DNA of 56,041 nt. It comes from Phycisphaerales bacterium UBA2266. Lineage in GTDB: Bacteria > Planctomycetota > Phycisphaerae > Sedimentisphaerales > Anaerobacaceae. Positions 15,698 through 24,372 of this stretch are shown here, one piece after another (within the stretch, counting starts at the first letter, position 1; each line of letters opens with the position of its first letter). The DNA lies in contig DDXG01000263.1 in NCBI GenBank assembly GCA_002347125.1, positions 1 to 56,041 of the forward strand, given 5' to 3'. Below the pieces are notes generated by a model that saw only the letters and a program-made list of their open reading frames with translations, had not been told where the DNA came from and searched no databases. A program made the translations under genes and the position numbers.

Positions 15698-17668
15698 ATG
15701 GCGGATATTTCAATAGGTCTGACGGGGATCAAGGCGGCCCAGCGGGCGTTTGACGTGATTGGCAACAACATCGCCAACGCGGCCACGGAAGGGTACCACC
15801 GGCAGCGCGTCGACCTGACGCCGGCGTATGCGTCTTTCAGCAACGGGGTCCTCCTGGGCGGAGGCGTCAACGTTGCGGGCGTCAGCCGTGTCATTGACAC
15901 ACTGCTCGAACAGGAGATTCTCCGGCAGCGGTCCGCCCTGGAGTCTACGACCCAGGAGAATATCACGTTCGCCTCCATCGAGACGGCCCTGGGGGAATTG
16001 ACCGACAACGGAGGTGGCCTCAATGCCGCGATGGATCGATTCTTCAGTTCGATGGCGGACTTGGCGGCCCATCCGGCGCAGCCGGTCTGGCAGAATCAAC
16101 TGGTCAGCGATGCCCAATCCCTGACGGCCCAGTTCCGCACACTCGGTACATTCCTGCGCGATCTTGACACGCAGATTCGCCTCGAGATCGAGAACGTGAT
16201 CGAGTCGATCAACTCCATCGCCTCGCGCATCGCCGGTCTCAACGAGAACATTGAGCGGTTACAGGCGACGGGCGGCTCAACGGGGAATCTCTGCGACCAG
16301 CGAGACCAAGCGATTGCGGACCTTGCGAAGCTGGCGGGCGTGCAGACGTACGAGCGCAAGTACGGCGTTGTGGACATAACCGTCGCGGGGATGCCTTTAG
16401 TGATGGGTTCCGGCACGGAGAGGCTCGTGTCGGGGCTGACCCTGAACAATGACACGGGCGTGGCGACGGAAGGATCCATTCAATACCGCACGAATATCGA
16501 AGGCGGCAAACTCGGTGCCTTGGTGTCGCTGGTCAACGGCGAGCTGACGACTCTGCGGACGAATCTGGACTTGCTGGCTCAATCGCTGGTGACCGAGGTG
16601 AATCGTCTGCATGTTCAGGGAGTGGGATCGGCGGGGTCTTTCACACGGCTGGACGGGTGGATCATGCCCAGCGACCGGCTTGCGGATTTTCAGCCGGCGG
16701 TCTCTGACGGCAGCTTCTTTGTCCGTTTGACAAACACGTTGACGGGAAGTGTCACGCGCCATGCCGTCGCCGTCGATGCCGCGAACGACACGCTGGCGGA
16801 CATAGCGGCGGCCATATCCGCGATCGACGGCCTGACGGCCTCGGATGCGGGTTCGCGGCTGACAATCATCGCGGACACCGGCTATCGATTTGACTTTCTT
16901 CCGGCTGTCACGGCCGAACCGTCGTCAACGAACCTGAGCGGCGGATTGCCGCCGACGATTACCGTATCCGGCGTCTATACGGGCATGGTGAACGATACGT
17001 TTACGTTCAGCGTCTCCGGGACGGGGTCGGTGGGCAACGGCGGCCTGCAACTGCTCGTAACCGACGGGGACGGCAACGCCGTCAATACGCTCAACATCGG
17101 GTCGGGTTACGCGCCGGGCGACAGGCTCGACGTCGGCAACGGCCTCAAGGTGGCCCTGTCGATCGGGGATCTCGACGCGACGGCGGGCGATCACTTTGAG
17201 GTGAACGCTTATGTGACGCCCGACACGGCGGGATTTCTGGCGGCGGCGGGCCTGAACACGTTCTTCACAGGGGTCGGGGCCACTGACATGAGCGTCGACC
17301 GGCATCTGATCGACACTCCCGCCCGTGCGGCGGCCGCTCTGGGACCGGAGATGTCCGACAATGCCAATGCCCTGGCGATGGCCGGGCTGAAGGACGCGGC
17401 GGTCGGCGGTTTGGGCAACGTCAGTTGCAGCGAGTACTACCGCCGGATGGTGACGGATTTCGGGCATAAGCTGTCGCTGAACCTGTCGCGGCAGGACAAC
17501 ATCGAGATGATGGTGCAGAGCCTGGCGAATCAGCAAAGCGAGGTCAGCGGCGTGGATATCAACGAACAGGCGGCGCAACTGCTGATATTTGAGCAGATGT
17601 TCCAGGCGGTGGCCAAGTACATGAGCACATATAACAGCGCGATGATGACCCTGATGAATATGTTGTAA
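15698..17668 (+). CDS. flgK: Flagellar hook-associated protein 1 FlgK
   Basis: The N-terminus reads IGLTGIKAAQRAFDVIGNNIANAATEGYHRQRV. The C-terminus reads SGVDINEQAAQLLIFEQMFQAVAKYMSTYNSAMMTLMNM. The protein is 656 aa. Confidence 0.95.
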   Translation: MADISIGLTGIKAAQRAFDVIGNNIANAATEGYHRQRVDLTPAYASFSNGVLLGGGVNVAGVSRVIDTLLEQEILRQRSALESTTQENITFASIETALGELTDNGGGLNAAMDRFFSSMADLAAHPAQPVWQNQLVSDAQSLTAQFRTLGTFLRDLDTQIRLEIENVIESINSIASRIAGLNENIERLQATGGSTGNLCDQRDQAIADLAKLAGVQTYERKYGVVDITVAGMPLVMGSGTERLVSGLTLNNDTGVATEGSIQYRTNIEGGKLGALVSLVNGELTTLRTNLDLLAQSLVTEVNRLHVQGVGSAGSFTRLDGWIMPSDRLADFQPAVSDGSFFVRLTNTLTGSVTRHAVAVDAANDTLADIAAAISAIDGLTASDAGSRLTIIADTGYRFDFLPAVTAEPSSTNLSGGLPPTITVSGVYTGMVNDTFTFSVSGTGSVGNGGLQLLVTDGDGNAVNTLNIGSGYAPGDRLDVGNGLKVALSIGDLDATAGDHFEVNAYVTPDTAGFLAAAGLNTFFTGVGATDMSVDRHLIDTPARAAAALGPEMSDNANALAMAGLKDAAVGGLGNVSCSEYYRRMVTDFGHKLSLNLSRQDNIEMMVQSLANQQSEVSGVDINEQAAQLLIFEQMFQAVAKYMSTYNSAMMTLMNML

Positions 17669-17692
17669 CGGCGTCGAATGTGAAGGATTGCG

Positions 17693-18877
17693 ATGGGCGG
17701 AACCCTCAACAGCATCTACAGCAATGTCAGTTTCGCATTGCAGTTACACACGAAATCGATGATGCGGCTGCAGGAGCAGGCTTCGACCGGGGCGAGGATC
17801 AATCGGTCGTCGGACGATCCATCGGCGGCGTACCGCATTCTGGGGCTTGAATCCCAGCAGCGGGCCCTGGCGAAGTACACGGCCAAGATAGCGGAGACAA
17901 CGGACACGCTGGAGATCGGCCTGAATGTGATGCAGAACATGAGCCAGGTGCTGGCGGATGAGAAGGTCCGGCTCAGTCAGATTATCAGCGGGACCTATGA
18001 CCAGGCCGGCCGTGAGCGGGTCGCCGAGGCGATCAACGACGCTCTTGAGCAGATCGTCTCTTTTGCCAATGCCCGGCACATGGATCAGTACCTATTTGGT
18101 GGGGGAGGCACGTCCTCGGCGCCGTATCAGGTGCAGCGTGAAAACGGGCGGATTGTCGGCGTGACCTATCAGGGCGCGGCTGACGCCCGGATGATCGAGG
18201 TCGCGCCGGGGGTGGAGGCCGGGGCGTTTCATGTCGGCGACAGCCTCTTTTGCGTGCAGAATCGTGGGCGGAGCAGCGTCTACGGGGAAACAGGCGCCGC
18301 CGTTGGGAGCGGGACCAGCAGCGTTACCGGCACTGTCTGGCTCACCGTCGCGGACGCCAACACGGACGGCACGTTCGAGTTGTCCATCGACGACGGCCGG
18401 ACCTGGGTCAATGCCGACGGCACCGCCAACCAGGCGGTGGTGGACTCCCGAACGGGAAAGGTCCTGTTCGTTGATACAACCGGCATCACGCAGACAGGGG
18501 TCGATATGGCGTCTTTCGAGGGCACTCACGACGTCTTCGAGACCCTGATCAGTATCCGTGACCTGCTATTCAATGACCGTAACCTGTCGGAGGGGCGCAT
18601 TGACGAGCTGCGGAACGTATCCATGGGGGCACTGGATGAAGTCCGAAACCTCCTGGTTGAAAAGACCACCTCAGTGGGCTCGAAGGTAGGCTTTCTCGAC
18701 CGCCTTCGCGAGATGCTGGAGGACATCCAGTACAACACTGAGGACGAGGCCTCGGGTCTGCGGGATGCGGACATCACCCAGGTGGCCATCGACCTGTCCA
18801 GGCGGCAAGTTCTTTATGAGATGTCGCTGGCGGTTGCAGGCAAGCTCATCTCGATCTCGCTCTTGAACTTTATCTAG
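17693..18877 (+). CDS. flgL: Flagellar hook-associated protein 3 FlgL
   Basis: The flagellin-like N-terminus reads LQEQASTGARINRSSDDPSAAYRILGL. The C-terminus reads DADITQVAIDLSRRQVLYEMSLAVAGKLISISLLNFI. The RBS is AAGGA. Confidence 0.9.
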   Translation: MGGTLNSIYSNVSFALQLHTKSMMRLQEQASTGARINRSSDDPSAAYRILGLESQQRALAKYTAKIAETTDTLEIGLNVMQNMSQVLADEKVRLSQIISGTYDQAGRERVAEAINDALEQIVSFANARHMDQYLFGGGGTSSAPYQVQRENGRIVGVTYQGAADARMIEVAPGVEAGAFHVGDSLFCVQNRGRSSVYGETGAAVGSGTSSVTGTVWLTVADANTDGTFELSIDDGRTWVNADGTANQAVVDSRTGKVLFVDTTGITQTGVDMASFEGTHDVFETLISIRDLLFNDRNLSEGRIDELRNVSMGALDEVRNLLVEKTTSVGSKVGFLDRLREMLEDIQYNTEDEASGLRDADITQVAIDLSRRQVLYEMSLAVAGKLISISLLNFI

Positions 18878-19010
18878 TCTTCCCAGATTTCCTATATTTC
18901 CACGCCGCATCCTTTGGTCCCTGACCGTTTGGCCTACACGGGTGTTTGACATCCATACAGATTCCCCCGTGAGGTTGCCGGGATTGCCCCTAACGTGCTC
19001 AGGAGCAGTC

Positions 19011-19026
19011 GGGCATGGGGTTTGCA
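19011..19026 (+). promoter_or_regulatory. Weaker sigma-54-like -24/-12 element upstream of the glycosylation island
   Basis: In GGGCATggggtTTGCA the GG/GC spacing and the -12 TTGC are exact, but the -24 hexamer is imperfect (GGGCAT versus TGGCAC). It lies about 100 nt upstream of ATG 19123. Confidence 0.35.
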
Positions 19027-19122
19027 GGTTGTTGGCAGGGCGATCTTCCGTGGTCGCACCGCAGCCTGGCCCCGTCCGACGGGGCCGAGACACCAGGAAC
19101 TGGAATACTCGAAGGGGCATAC

Positions 19123-20610
19123 ATGGACGGCCACACGGACGACTACCGGCAAGGGCTCGAGTTGGCCCAATCAGGGCGGCACCAGGAGGCCCTGGAACAC
19201 ATCCGCAGGCACCTTGAGCATTCGCCCGACGACGCCGAGGCTCTCAACGACGCAGGGGCTATCCTGCACTGTTTGGGGCGGTCCGATGAGGCCGTCGACC
19301 TTCTGAAGCGGGCCCGATCCGCCAAGCCGAACAGTGGCGAGATACTGTGGAATCTGTCGGAGACGTACATTGCGGCCGGGCGCGCCAGGGAGGCGATGGG
19401 CCTATTCGGTGATATGCAGCACCTGGAGATTCTCAGCGCCGATGTGCTGAATCGGGCCGCGGCCGTGCTGCTGGATCAGAACGACAAGGCGGCGGCCGTC
19501 GAGGCCCTGTTGTGTTCGCTCAAGATTAGCCCGGAACAGCGCGTGATTCAGCCGATGGTGGACCTGATCCTTGACAAGAGGCCAAGGGTCGCGTTCTTCT
19601 GCGGTGCCGATGGGTCGAATTTCCTCAACGAGATCGTGGAATTCACGCGTAAACGCTTCCGGGTCCGCGTCTTCGAGGGGCGGACCGAGGAAGACCTGCG
19701 TGAGACTATGCAGTGGGCGGACATTTGCTGGTTTGAGTGGTGTACCAACCTCGCGGCCAGGGCGTCCCAGATGCCCAAAGTGTCGCGAAACGTCGTAAGA
19801 CTCCATAGATACGAGGCTTACGAGCCATGGCCCAGGCAGGTCAACTGGTCGAACATCGATACGCTGGTTACCGTTGGCAATAGCGCCACTCTGGAAGCGT
19901 TGACGGCGTCCGTGCCGGATATCCAGTCCAGGACGGCCATCCAGACGATTCCAAATGGTGTTAACCTGGATAAGTTCCCGTTCACGGCGCGCGACAGGGG
20001 TAAGAACCTGGCGATGGTCGCCAATCTGAGGATGGTCAAGAACCCGGCCTTCGGGCTGCAGTGCATGCAGAAGCTGCACTACGTTGATCCCCAGTACAGG
20101 CTGTTCGTCGCCGGGACCATTCAGGATGCGGCCCTTGAGCGGTACCTTAGGCAGATGGTGAGGGCGCTCGACTTGGAGGGCGTGGTGGTATTCGAGGGCT
20201 ATCAACACGACATTGCAGCCTGGCTGGCAGACAAGCACTACGTTGTCTGCACGAGCATCTGTGAGGGGCACCCGGTGGCGGTCCTTGAGGCGATGGCGTG
20301 CGGCCTCAAGCCTGTCGTCCACAACTTCCTGGGTGCGGAGAGCGTCCTGCCGCGGGAGTTTCTCTTCGACATCAGCGAACAGTTCTGCGAGATGATCGTG
20401 CATGGGCCGTATGAACCCGAGCGGTATCGGCGTTATGTCGAGGAGAATGCCTCGCTCAAGGCCCAACTGACCGCGGTGAATGACCTGTTTGCGCGGTTGG
20501 AGCTGGACATCGACGCGGAGAGAAAGCCAGGGCTCATGGATGGGCCGCCGCGGATGTCTGGAACGACCCTGGCGGCGGAAACAGACCCCGCCTTTGCGAC
20601 ACAGTGGTGA
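19123..20610 (+). CDS. N-terminal TPR domain fused to a GT-B (GT4/Glycos_transf_1) glycosyltransferase; FlmG-like architecture
   Basis: I moved the start to ATG 19123 (GAAGGGG RBS 6 nt upstream); the listed 19015 start would cover the promoter-like element. TPR region: GRHQEALEHIRRHLEHSPDDAEALNDAGAILHCLGRSDEAVDLLKRA. GT1 C-terminal motif: TSICEGHPVAVLEAMACGLKPVV. Confidence 0.85.
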   Translation: MDGHTDDYRQGLELAQSGRHQEALEHIRRHLEHSPDDAEALNDAGAILHCLGRSDEAVDLLKRARSAKPNSGEILWNLSETYIAAGRAREAMGLFGDMQHLEILSADVLNRAAAVLLDQNDKAAAVEALLCSLKISPEQRVIQPMVDLILDKRPRVAFFCGADGSNFLNEIVEFTRKRFRVRVFEGRTEEDLRETMQWADICWFEWCTNLAARASQMPKVSRNVVRLHRYEAYEPWPRQVNWSNIDTLVTVGNSATLEALTASVPDIQSRTAIQTIPNGVNLDKFPFTARDRGKNLAMVANLRMVKNPAFGLQCMQKLHYVDPQYRLFVAGTIQDAALERYLRQMVRALDLEGVVVFEGYQHDIAAWLADKHYVVCTSICEGHPVAVLEAMACGLKPVVHNFLGAESVLPREFLFDISEQFCEMIVHGPYEPERYRRYVEENASLKAQLTAVNDLFARLELDIDAERKPGLMDGPPRMSGTTLAAETDPAFATQW

Positions 20611-20639
20611 TGCTGAACTGTGAGAAGGGTAACCCCTGA

Positions 20640-22238
20640 ATGGTTTGCGGCAGCACTGAAAAACGCGGTCCACTGGTCACAGTTGTGATTCCCACACACA
20701 ACCGCAGGGGGTTCCTGCCCGTGGCGCTGTCCAGTGTGCTGAGCCAGAGTTACCGGGACCTGCAAGTCATTGTGGTCCGCGACGGAGGCGAGCGCGCGGA
20801 CGATATCGTGGAAGGGCTGCGGGATCGGCGAGTGCTGTTCATCGACCGGGATGAGAATCTGGGCAAGGCGGCGTCGCTTAACGAGGCGCTGACGCGGGCT
20901 GAGGGCAAGTACATTGCCTATCTTGACGACGATGACATGCTGTATCCGTATCACGTCGAGACCCTGGTCGATGCACTTGAGAGCCGGATGGACTGCCGGC
21001 TGGCCTATACCGACCTGTATCGGGTCTACTGCCGAACCGAGCCTGACGGGACCAGAACGGTCCTGAGCAAGGTCCTCGACATCAGCCGGGACTTCGACCG
21101 TTTTCTGATGTTGTGCTTCAACCACACGCTGCATGTGAGCCTGATGCACCACAGAGATTTGTTGGACCAGACGGGGCCCTTCAATGAGGACCTGAAGGTG
21201 CTGATTGACTGGGACTTTACGCGCAAGGCCGTCTTCTTCACGGATTTCTACCATATCCGGCGGATTACCGGGGAATTCTACAGTCCGGTTGGGGGCGGTG
21301 ATCGGTTGTCGCATCAGGGTCGGCGCGATGCGGATGCCTTCACCGAGGGTTTTCTGACCATTCGAACGACGCGGCCGGCCAAGCCCTGGAGTGCCGTCAA
21401 AGACCTGGCCATCATCATCGTGGCGCAGCGATTCGGCAACAGCGTTGCGCAGATGCTTGAAGCGATCCGCCGCCACACGTTTTACCCATGTCGCGTGTGG
21501 CTGCCGCTGCCGGGGGAGGACGTGGCGGCGCTGAAAGCTGGTCAGGGGCGCGGCACGGTCACGATTGGCGGGCGGACGATGCCCAACGTCGTGCCGATAG
21601 CGGTTGACGCCGCGACGCCCGCCGGCGGGAGGATCGACGCGGCGCTGGACGCCTGCGACGGGGACCTTGTGGCGGTTGCGCCGGAGGGGTTTCCCGTTCG
21701 CAACTTCTGGATCGAAGACTCGGTCTACCCCTTGCTGGCCCATCCTGGCACGGCGTTCGAGCTGGAGGATTCGGATGCGACGCGGTGGGCGGTAGTCGGG
21801 ACAAGAGAAGCCATCTCACGGGCTCGACGGAGCCACCCCGAAATGGCCTTGCGGCGGGCGCTGCCGGCCGTCGACGTGGCGATTCGCCGCGTGCAGCCGG
21901 ACGAGATACCATTTCAGTATGACCAGTTGCTCGAACAGGCCAAGGCACGGGTTGCGGCGCGCCAATGGGCGCAGGCGGCAGGCATGTTCGAGCACATCGC
22001 CGATCGATACGGCAACGAATGGTGGATCCGGTCGCTGGCGGCGAACGCTCACTATCACGGCGGCAACTTTCAACGGGCCGGGGAGCTGTGCCGGCACGTC
22101 AACGCTCGGTGTCCGACGGTCGAGACGCTGCTTCTTGAAGGACGTTTGCACAGGCGCGCAAAGGACCCTGCATCAGCGATTCCACTGCTTGAAAAGGCCG
22201 TGGACTCAATCGATGGAAGAGAGTCTCTATGGACGTGA
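20640..22238 (+). CDS. GT2 glycosyltransferase with a C-terminal TPR-like domain
   Basis: GT2 N-terminus: VTVVIPTHNRRGFLPVALSSVLSQSYRDLQVIVVRDGGE...IAYLDDDDMLYPYHV (DxD). The C-terminus has TPR-like helices (ARQWAQAAGMFEHIADRYGNEWWIRSLAANAHYHGGNFQRAGELC). Confidence 0.85.
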   Translation: MVCGSTEKRGPLVTVVIPTHNRRGFLPVALSSVLSQSYRDLQVIVVRDGGERADDIVEGLRDRRVLFIDRDENLGKAASLNEALTRAEGKYIAYLDDDDMLYPYHVETLVDALESRMDCRLAYTDLYRVYCRTEPDGTRTVLSKVLDISRDFDRFLMLCFNHTLHVSLMHHRDLLDQTGPFNEDLKVLIDWDFTRKAVFFTDFYHIRRITGEFYSPVGGGDRLSHQGRRDADAFTEGFLTIRTTRPAKPWSAVKDLAIIIVAQRFGNSVAQMLEAIRRHTFYPCRVWLPLPGEDVAALKAGQGRGTVTIGGRTMPNVVPIAVDAATPAGGRIDAALDACDGDLVAVAPEGFPVRNFWIEDSVYPLLAHPGTAFELEDSDATRWAVVGTREAISRARRSHPEMALRRALPAVDVAIRRVQPDEIPFQYDQLLEQAKARVAARQWAQAAGMFEHIADRYGNEWWIRSLAANAHYHGGNFQRAGELCRHVNARCPTVETLLLEGRLHRRAKDPASAIPLLEKAVDSIDGRESLWT

Positions 22239-22858
22239 CGACGAACGACGCGGCGGAATTTGAGAATACGACTCAGCGGTGTGAGCTGCTGTGTGAACTT
22301 GGCGACTGCTATACGTCGGTGGGGCGATACGCAGACGCGCGCCGCTGTTATGAACAGGCGGCGACGGTGGGCCCGGATGAGGCCGGTCCGTACGTGGGCC
22401 TGGGGGTGGTGGCGCTGCAGGAGAACGACGTGGAGAACGCGGAGTTGTCTTTCCGCGTGGCCTGTCGGCTGGACGGCGGCTGCGCGAAGGCCTATGCGGG
22501 CCTTGCCATGATCGCCCAGCAGCGCAACAGGGGTCGGCAGGCCTTCGATCTCTATCTGAAGTCGTTGGAGCAGGATGTGGACAATCTGACGGCGCTGCTG
22601 GGACTGTTCCAGGTCTCGTGCATGATGGGGTCGTTTGCGGAGGTAATCCGGCACCTGGAGGCGTATCTGCGGGTGCATCCGGGTGATACGTCGGTGATGT
22701 TCTGCCTGGCGACCTTATACACGAGAGACTCCCGGTTGAGCGAGGCAAGAAGGATGCTGCGCGATATTGTGGCCGCAGACCCTGAGAACCAGGATGCGGC
22801 GAACCTGCTGGAGGAGGTGGAGCGTGGCCTGAACAGCCGGGCTTCGGCGACGACATAG
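22229..22858 (+). CDS. Stand-alone TPR-repeat protein
   Basis: Repeated TPR units are visible (LGDCYTSVGRYADARRCYEQAATVGPDEAGPYVGLGVVALQENDVENAELSFRVACRLD...AYAGLAMIAQQ...). The start overlaps the upstream stop by 10 nt. Confidence 0.8.
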   Translation: MDVTTNDAAEFENTTQRCELLCELGDCYTSVGRYADARRCYEQAATVGPDEAGPYVGLGVVALQENDVENAELSFRVACRLDGGCAKAYAGLAMIAQQRNRGRQAFDLYLKSLEQDVDNLTALLGLFQVSCMMGSFAEVIRHLEAYLRVHPGDTSVMFCLATLYTRDSRLSEARRMLRDIVAADPENQDAANLLEEVERGLNSRASATT

Positions 22859-23182
22859 ATGAATCCGTACCTTGACGACAGTCGGATAGAGCAGGACCTG
22901 GACCGGCTTGAGGTCTGTCTGGGGGAACAGATACGTCTGGCCCGAGGGGGCGAGACGGCGAGGCTTGAGGCCCTGTGCCAGGACAGCGGCGAGATCATCC
23001 GGCGGCTCGTTCAATGGGGGGTCATGGACAGCGAGTTGTTCCGGCGACGGAGCGGGCGGCTGGAGCGGTTGTACGGTGAACTGACACTGGCGGTCGGTTG
23101 CGAGCTTTCGCAAGCGGCCACTGGTTTGAAAGAAGTGCGCAGAGCCAGGAAGACGCTGCGGGCATATAAGAGCCGCGTTTGA
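22859..23182 (+). CDS. Small helical hypothetical protein (107 aa)
   Basis: The ATG directly abuts the upstream TAG (22856-22858). The protein is Leu/Arg/Glu-rich and predicted helical. I recognised no family. Confidence 0.55.
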   Translation: MNPYLDDSRIEQDLDRLEVCLGEQIRLARGGETARLEALCQDSGEIIRRLVQWGVMDSELFRRRSGRLERLYGELTLAVGCELSQAATGLKEVRRARKTLRAYKSRV

Positions 23183-23322
23183 GCGATGCAGGTATTGCTG
23201 GCGCGCCCGTGGCCGCCTCGTGGGGCGCCCGGTTTGAGAGTCTGGATGCCGCCCACGGGGACGGAGTCCGCCCGGACGTCGCCGGACGGGGCGTCGGCAA
23301 CTGAGAAGCGTTGGCGGCAGAA

Positions 23323-24372
23323 ATGTCGAATACAGCTTGGTGCAGGCCGGTCATGATCATTGCCGAATCGGGGGTGAACCACAATGGCTGCGTGGAGACG
23401 GCATGCCGAATGATCGACGTTGCGGCCGATTGCGGGGCCGACGCGGTGAAGTTCCAGACGTTCGAGCCGGAGCGGCTGGTCAGCCGGTTCGCGCCCAAGG
23501 CGGCGTATCAACAACGGCATACGGCGGCCGATGAGTCCCAATTGCAGATGATAGAGCGCTTGCGTCTGTCGGCGGAGGACCATCGGCGGCTCTTGGCACG
23601 CTGTCGCCGGCGCGGCATCGTGTTCATGTCGTCGGCATTTGATCTTGAGAGCATCGATGTGCTGGTCGGATTGGGTCTGGAGACCTTCAAGGTGCCTTCC
23701 GGAGAGATCACGGATGATCCATACCTTCGCAAGATCGGGGCACTGGGGCGTCGGGTGATTCTATCGACCGGGATGGCGGATATGGACGAGATCGGCCGGG
23801 CCCTGGAGATTCTGACGGCGGCGGGTACAGAGAGGGATTCGATCACGGTGCTCCAGTGCAACACGGAGTATCCGACGCCCATGCGGGATGTCAACCTGCG
23901 GGCGATGCAGACGATTCGAGAGGCGTTCGGCGTGGCGGTCGGCTATAGCGACCATACGGAGGGGATAGAGGTGGCGATTGCGGCGGTGGCGATGGGGGCG
24001 ACGGTTATCGAGAAGCACTTTACGCTGGACAGGACGATGGCCGGGCCGGACCACAGTGCCTCGGTCGAGCCGGAGCAATTGCGGGCTTTGGCGGCGGCCG
24101 TGCGGAATGTCGAGCTGGCGATGGGCGACGGGATCAAACGGCCTTCGCCTTCGGAACGGCGGAACCGGGCCGTGGCGAGAAAGAGCGTCGTGGCGGCGGT
24201 TAATATACCGGCCGGTTCGGTCATTGCCCCGGAGATGCTCGCGGTCAAACGCCCGGGCACGGGCGTGCCGCCGGGCGACTTGGAGATGCTGATCGGTTCA
24301 AGGACCCGGCGGTCCATCGATCACGACGAGGTGATTACCTGGCAGGCGGTCGAGCGGAGCGTACTGGTATGA
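23323..24372 (+). CDS. neuB: Nonulosonic acid synthase, NeuB/LegI/PseI family (with C-terminal SAF domain)
   Basis: IIAESGVNHNG...ADAVKFQTF...FMSSAFD...FKVPSGEITD...ILSTGM...VLQCNTEYPTP...VGYSDHTEG, followed by the SAF-type C-terminus. The start could be ATG 23323 or TTG 23311. Confidence 0.9.
   Translation: MSNTAWCRPVMIIAESGVNHNGCVETACRMIDVAADCGADAVKFQTFEPERLVSRFAPKAAYQQRHTAADESQLQMIERLRLSAEDHRRLLARCRRRGIVFMSSAFDLESIDVLVGLGLETFKVPSGEITDDPYLRKIGALGRRVILSTGMADMDEIGRALEILTAAGTERDSITVLQCNTEYPTPMRDVNLRAMQTIREAFGVAVGYSDHTEGIEVAIAAVAMGATVIEKHFTLDRTMAGPDHSASVEPEQLRALAAAVRNVELAMGDGIKRPSPSERRNRAVARKSVVAAVNIPAGSVIAPEMLAVKRPGTGVPPGDLEMLIGSRTRRSIDHDEVITWQAVERSVLV

Noticed and set aside
18944-18949. A perfect TTGACA hexamer in the flgL-island spacer, as a possible sigma-70 -35 box.
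   Set aside because: No acceptable -10 hexamer lies 16-19 nt downstream. Promoter consensus for this lineage is unknown.
23183-23322. GC-rich imperfect hairpins and short direct repeats (GCCCGGACG / GCCGGACGG) in the only sizeable gap of the island, as a possible terminator or riboswitch.
   Set aside because: The stems are bulged or have 2-nt loops, there is no U-tract, and I recognise no conserved riboswitch core. An internal promoter cannot be excluded, but I cannot support one from sequence.
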